Assembly (NCBI GenBank): GCA_031269535.1 | Contig: JAISZA010000039.1 | Location: 12,072 to 36,071 of the forward strand | Reading direction: 5' to 3' | Source: Tannerellaceae bacterium | GTDB taxonomy: Bacteria; Bacteroidota; Bacteroidia; Bacteroidales; Tannerellaceae | DNA length: 24,000 nucleotides | Shown: piece by piece, positions 23,069 to 24,000 of the stretch | How the letters are laid out: every line of letters begins with the position of its first letter | How positions within the stretch are numbered: position 1 is the stretch's first letter | Program-made: the position numbers and the translations under genes | The notes under the pieces: generated by a model | Told to the model about the DNA's origin: nothing | The model's input: the letters and a program-made list of their open reading frames with translations, nothing else | Database searches by the model: none

Positions 23069-24000
23069 TTAATTCCAACCGGGATTCTGGGTCAGTTCCG
23101 GATTCAGGTCCAACTCGCGTTGCGGAATCGGCATCAGCACCATATAGTCTTTGATGTTTGCGGCAATATCCGTTTTGTTCTTTTCGGCTACTCCCGCTTC
23201 ATAGGCGCTGTGTTCCTTCATTCGCTGAATAAAGGTTCCGGTGCGTACCAGGTCGAACCAGCGATGTCCTTCGATGGGGAACTCCAGTCGCCGTTCGTCG
23301 AGTATCTTCGCCCGGAATTGTTCTTTGCTCAGGCCGCTGAAATTGCCGGACGTATCGCCGAAAGCGCGTTCACGTACCCGGTTGAGTACTTCGTGGGCTT
23401 TGGCGGATTCATTCTCTTCGTTCAGCGCCTCGGCATACATCAGCAGGGCGTCGGCATAGCGTAGGATGTGCATATTGATGTCGCACTGATTTACAGCGCT
23501 TAGCCCGTCTATCCAGTATTTGCCGAACAAAGGGATGCTCGACAGCACATTGGCATTCTCAATCAAGCTGTAGAACTCATAGCGCAGGTTTACTGCCCGC
23601 CTCCGGTCTTTCTCATCAAAAGCATCCCATAATTCCTGGGTCGGGATGTCGGCCTCATTCGAGCTGGCCACGCCGATATTGCCTCCCGGCACCGAATATT
23701 TGGGTCCGGCCAATCCCATTTCGCCATTACTGGCCATGGGCGGTTTCTTATACTCAATATAGAAGACGGCTTCTATTCCGGCTTCGGTCTCCGTATTCCA
23801 GTTGGCGGCATAATCCGCGTGCAGGCCGTAGCCATACTCCGCTTCGTTTCCGACCACTTCGGCCAGCTTGCTTTTGGCAGCGGCGAAATTACCCTGCGTC
23901 AGATAGACTTTACCCAATAATATTTTAGCCGCTCCTTTGGTAGCCCGTCCTTCTTCATTGGAAGCATATTGTGAACGTACGGGTAAAACAGTTTCGGCAT
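23069..24000 (-). CDS. susD: SusD/RagB-family lipoprotein, C-terminal part (the N terminus lies beyond the window end)
   Basis: The frame stays open upstream of the ORF-track start (a TTG at 23915-23917) to base 24000 (...YASNEEGRATKGAAKILLGKVYLTQGNFAAAK...). SusD motifs are ILRYADALLMYAEALNE, ILDERRLEFPIEGHRWFDLVRTG and LMPIPQRELDLNP. Stop at 23069-23071. Confidence 0.85.
   Translation of the reverse strand, partial: AETVLPVRSQYASNEEGRATKGAAKILLGKVYLTQGNFAAAKSKLAEVVGNEAEYGYGLHADYAANWNTETEAGIEAVFYIEYKKPPMASNGEMGLAGPKYSVPGGNIGVASSNEADIPTQELWDAFDEKDRRRAVNLRYEFYSLIENANVLSSIPLFGKYWIDGLSAVNQCDINMHILRYADALLMYAEALNEENESAKAHEVLNRVRERAFGDTSGNFSGLSKEQFRAKILDERRLEFPIEGHRWFDLVRTGTFIQRMKEHSAYEAGVAEKNKTDIAANIKDYMVLMPIPQRELDLNPELTQNPGWN

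Noticed and set aside
1-24000. Mobile element, prophage, or a dedicated defence or secretion system
   Set aside because: No integrase, transposase, recombinase, phage structural genes, terminal inverted repeats or att-like duplications were recognised. The only defence-like gene (the ATPase-nuclease) is solitary and disrupted.

Overview
This is a Bacteroidota-type chromosomal segment, judged from two SusC/SusD-style loci, lipoprotein and signal peptides, and TAnnTTTG-like promoter motifs. It looks comparatively GC-rich. Bases 1-17542 (+ strand) carry a polysaccharide-utilisation locus (PUL). In order it holds a GH27-like hydrolase (5' end cut by the window), GH97, SusC and SusD. Next come an AAA-ATPase/PD-(D/E)XK nuclease gene broken by a single in-frame TGA, a 1161-aa GH105-GH51 fusion enzyme and a 60-codon AlbA_2 gene remnant. 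The locus ends with a Maa/LacA-type acetyltransferase, a GH35 beta-galactosidase with a discoidin domain, and a GH43 lipoprotein. This enzyme set fits breakdown of type II arabinogalactan / arabinogalactan-protein side chains, which is an inference. Bases 17561-18000 are non-coding. They contain eight tandem copies of a ~41-bp hairpin unit with length-variable poly-C tracts, then a REP-like nested palindrome, followed by a secreted EEP-family protein gene. Bases 18879-24000 (- strand) hold the distal end of a second PUL: SusD (partial), two Ser-type sulfatases, and an anaerobic sulfatase-maturating radical-SAM enzyme, with overlapping or near-abutting gene ends. I saw no rRNA, tRNA, CRISPR array, transposase or integrase. 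I could not support a novel multi-gene system. The least explained signals are the two helically phased hairpin-repeat arrays (2978-3050 and 17561-17888), the broken ATPase-nuclease inserted in the PUL, and the GH105-GH51 fusion. All family assignments come from motif recognition by eye; no searches were run.
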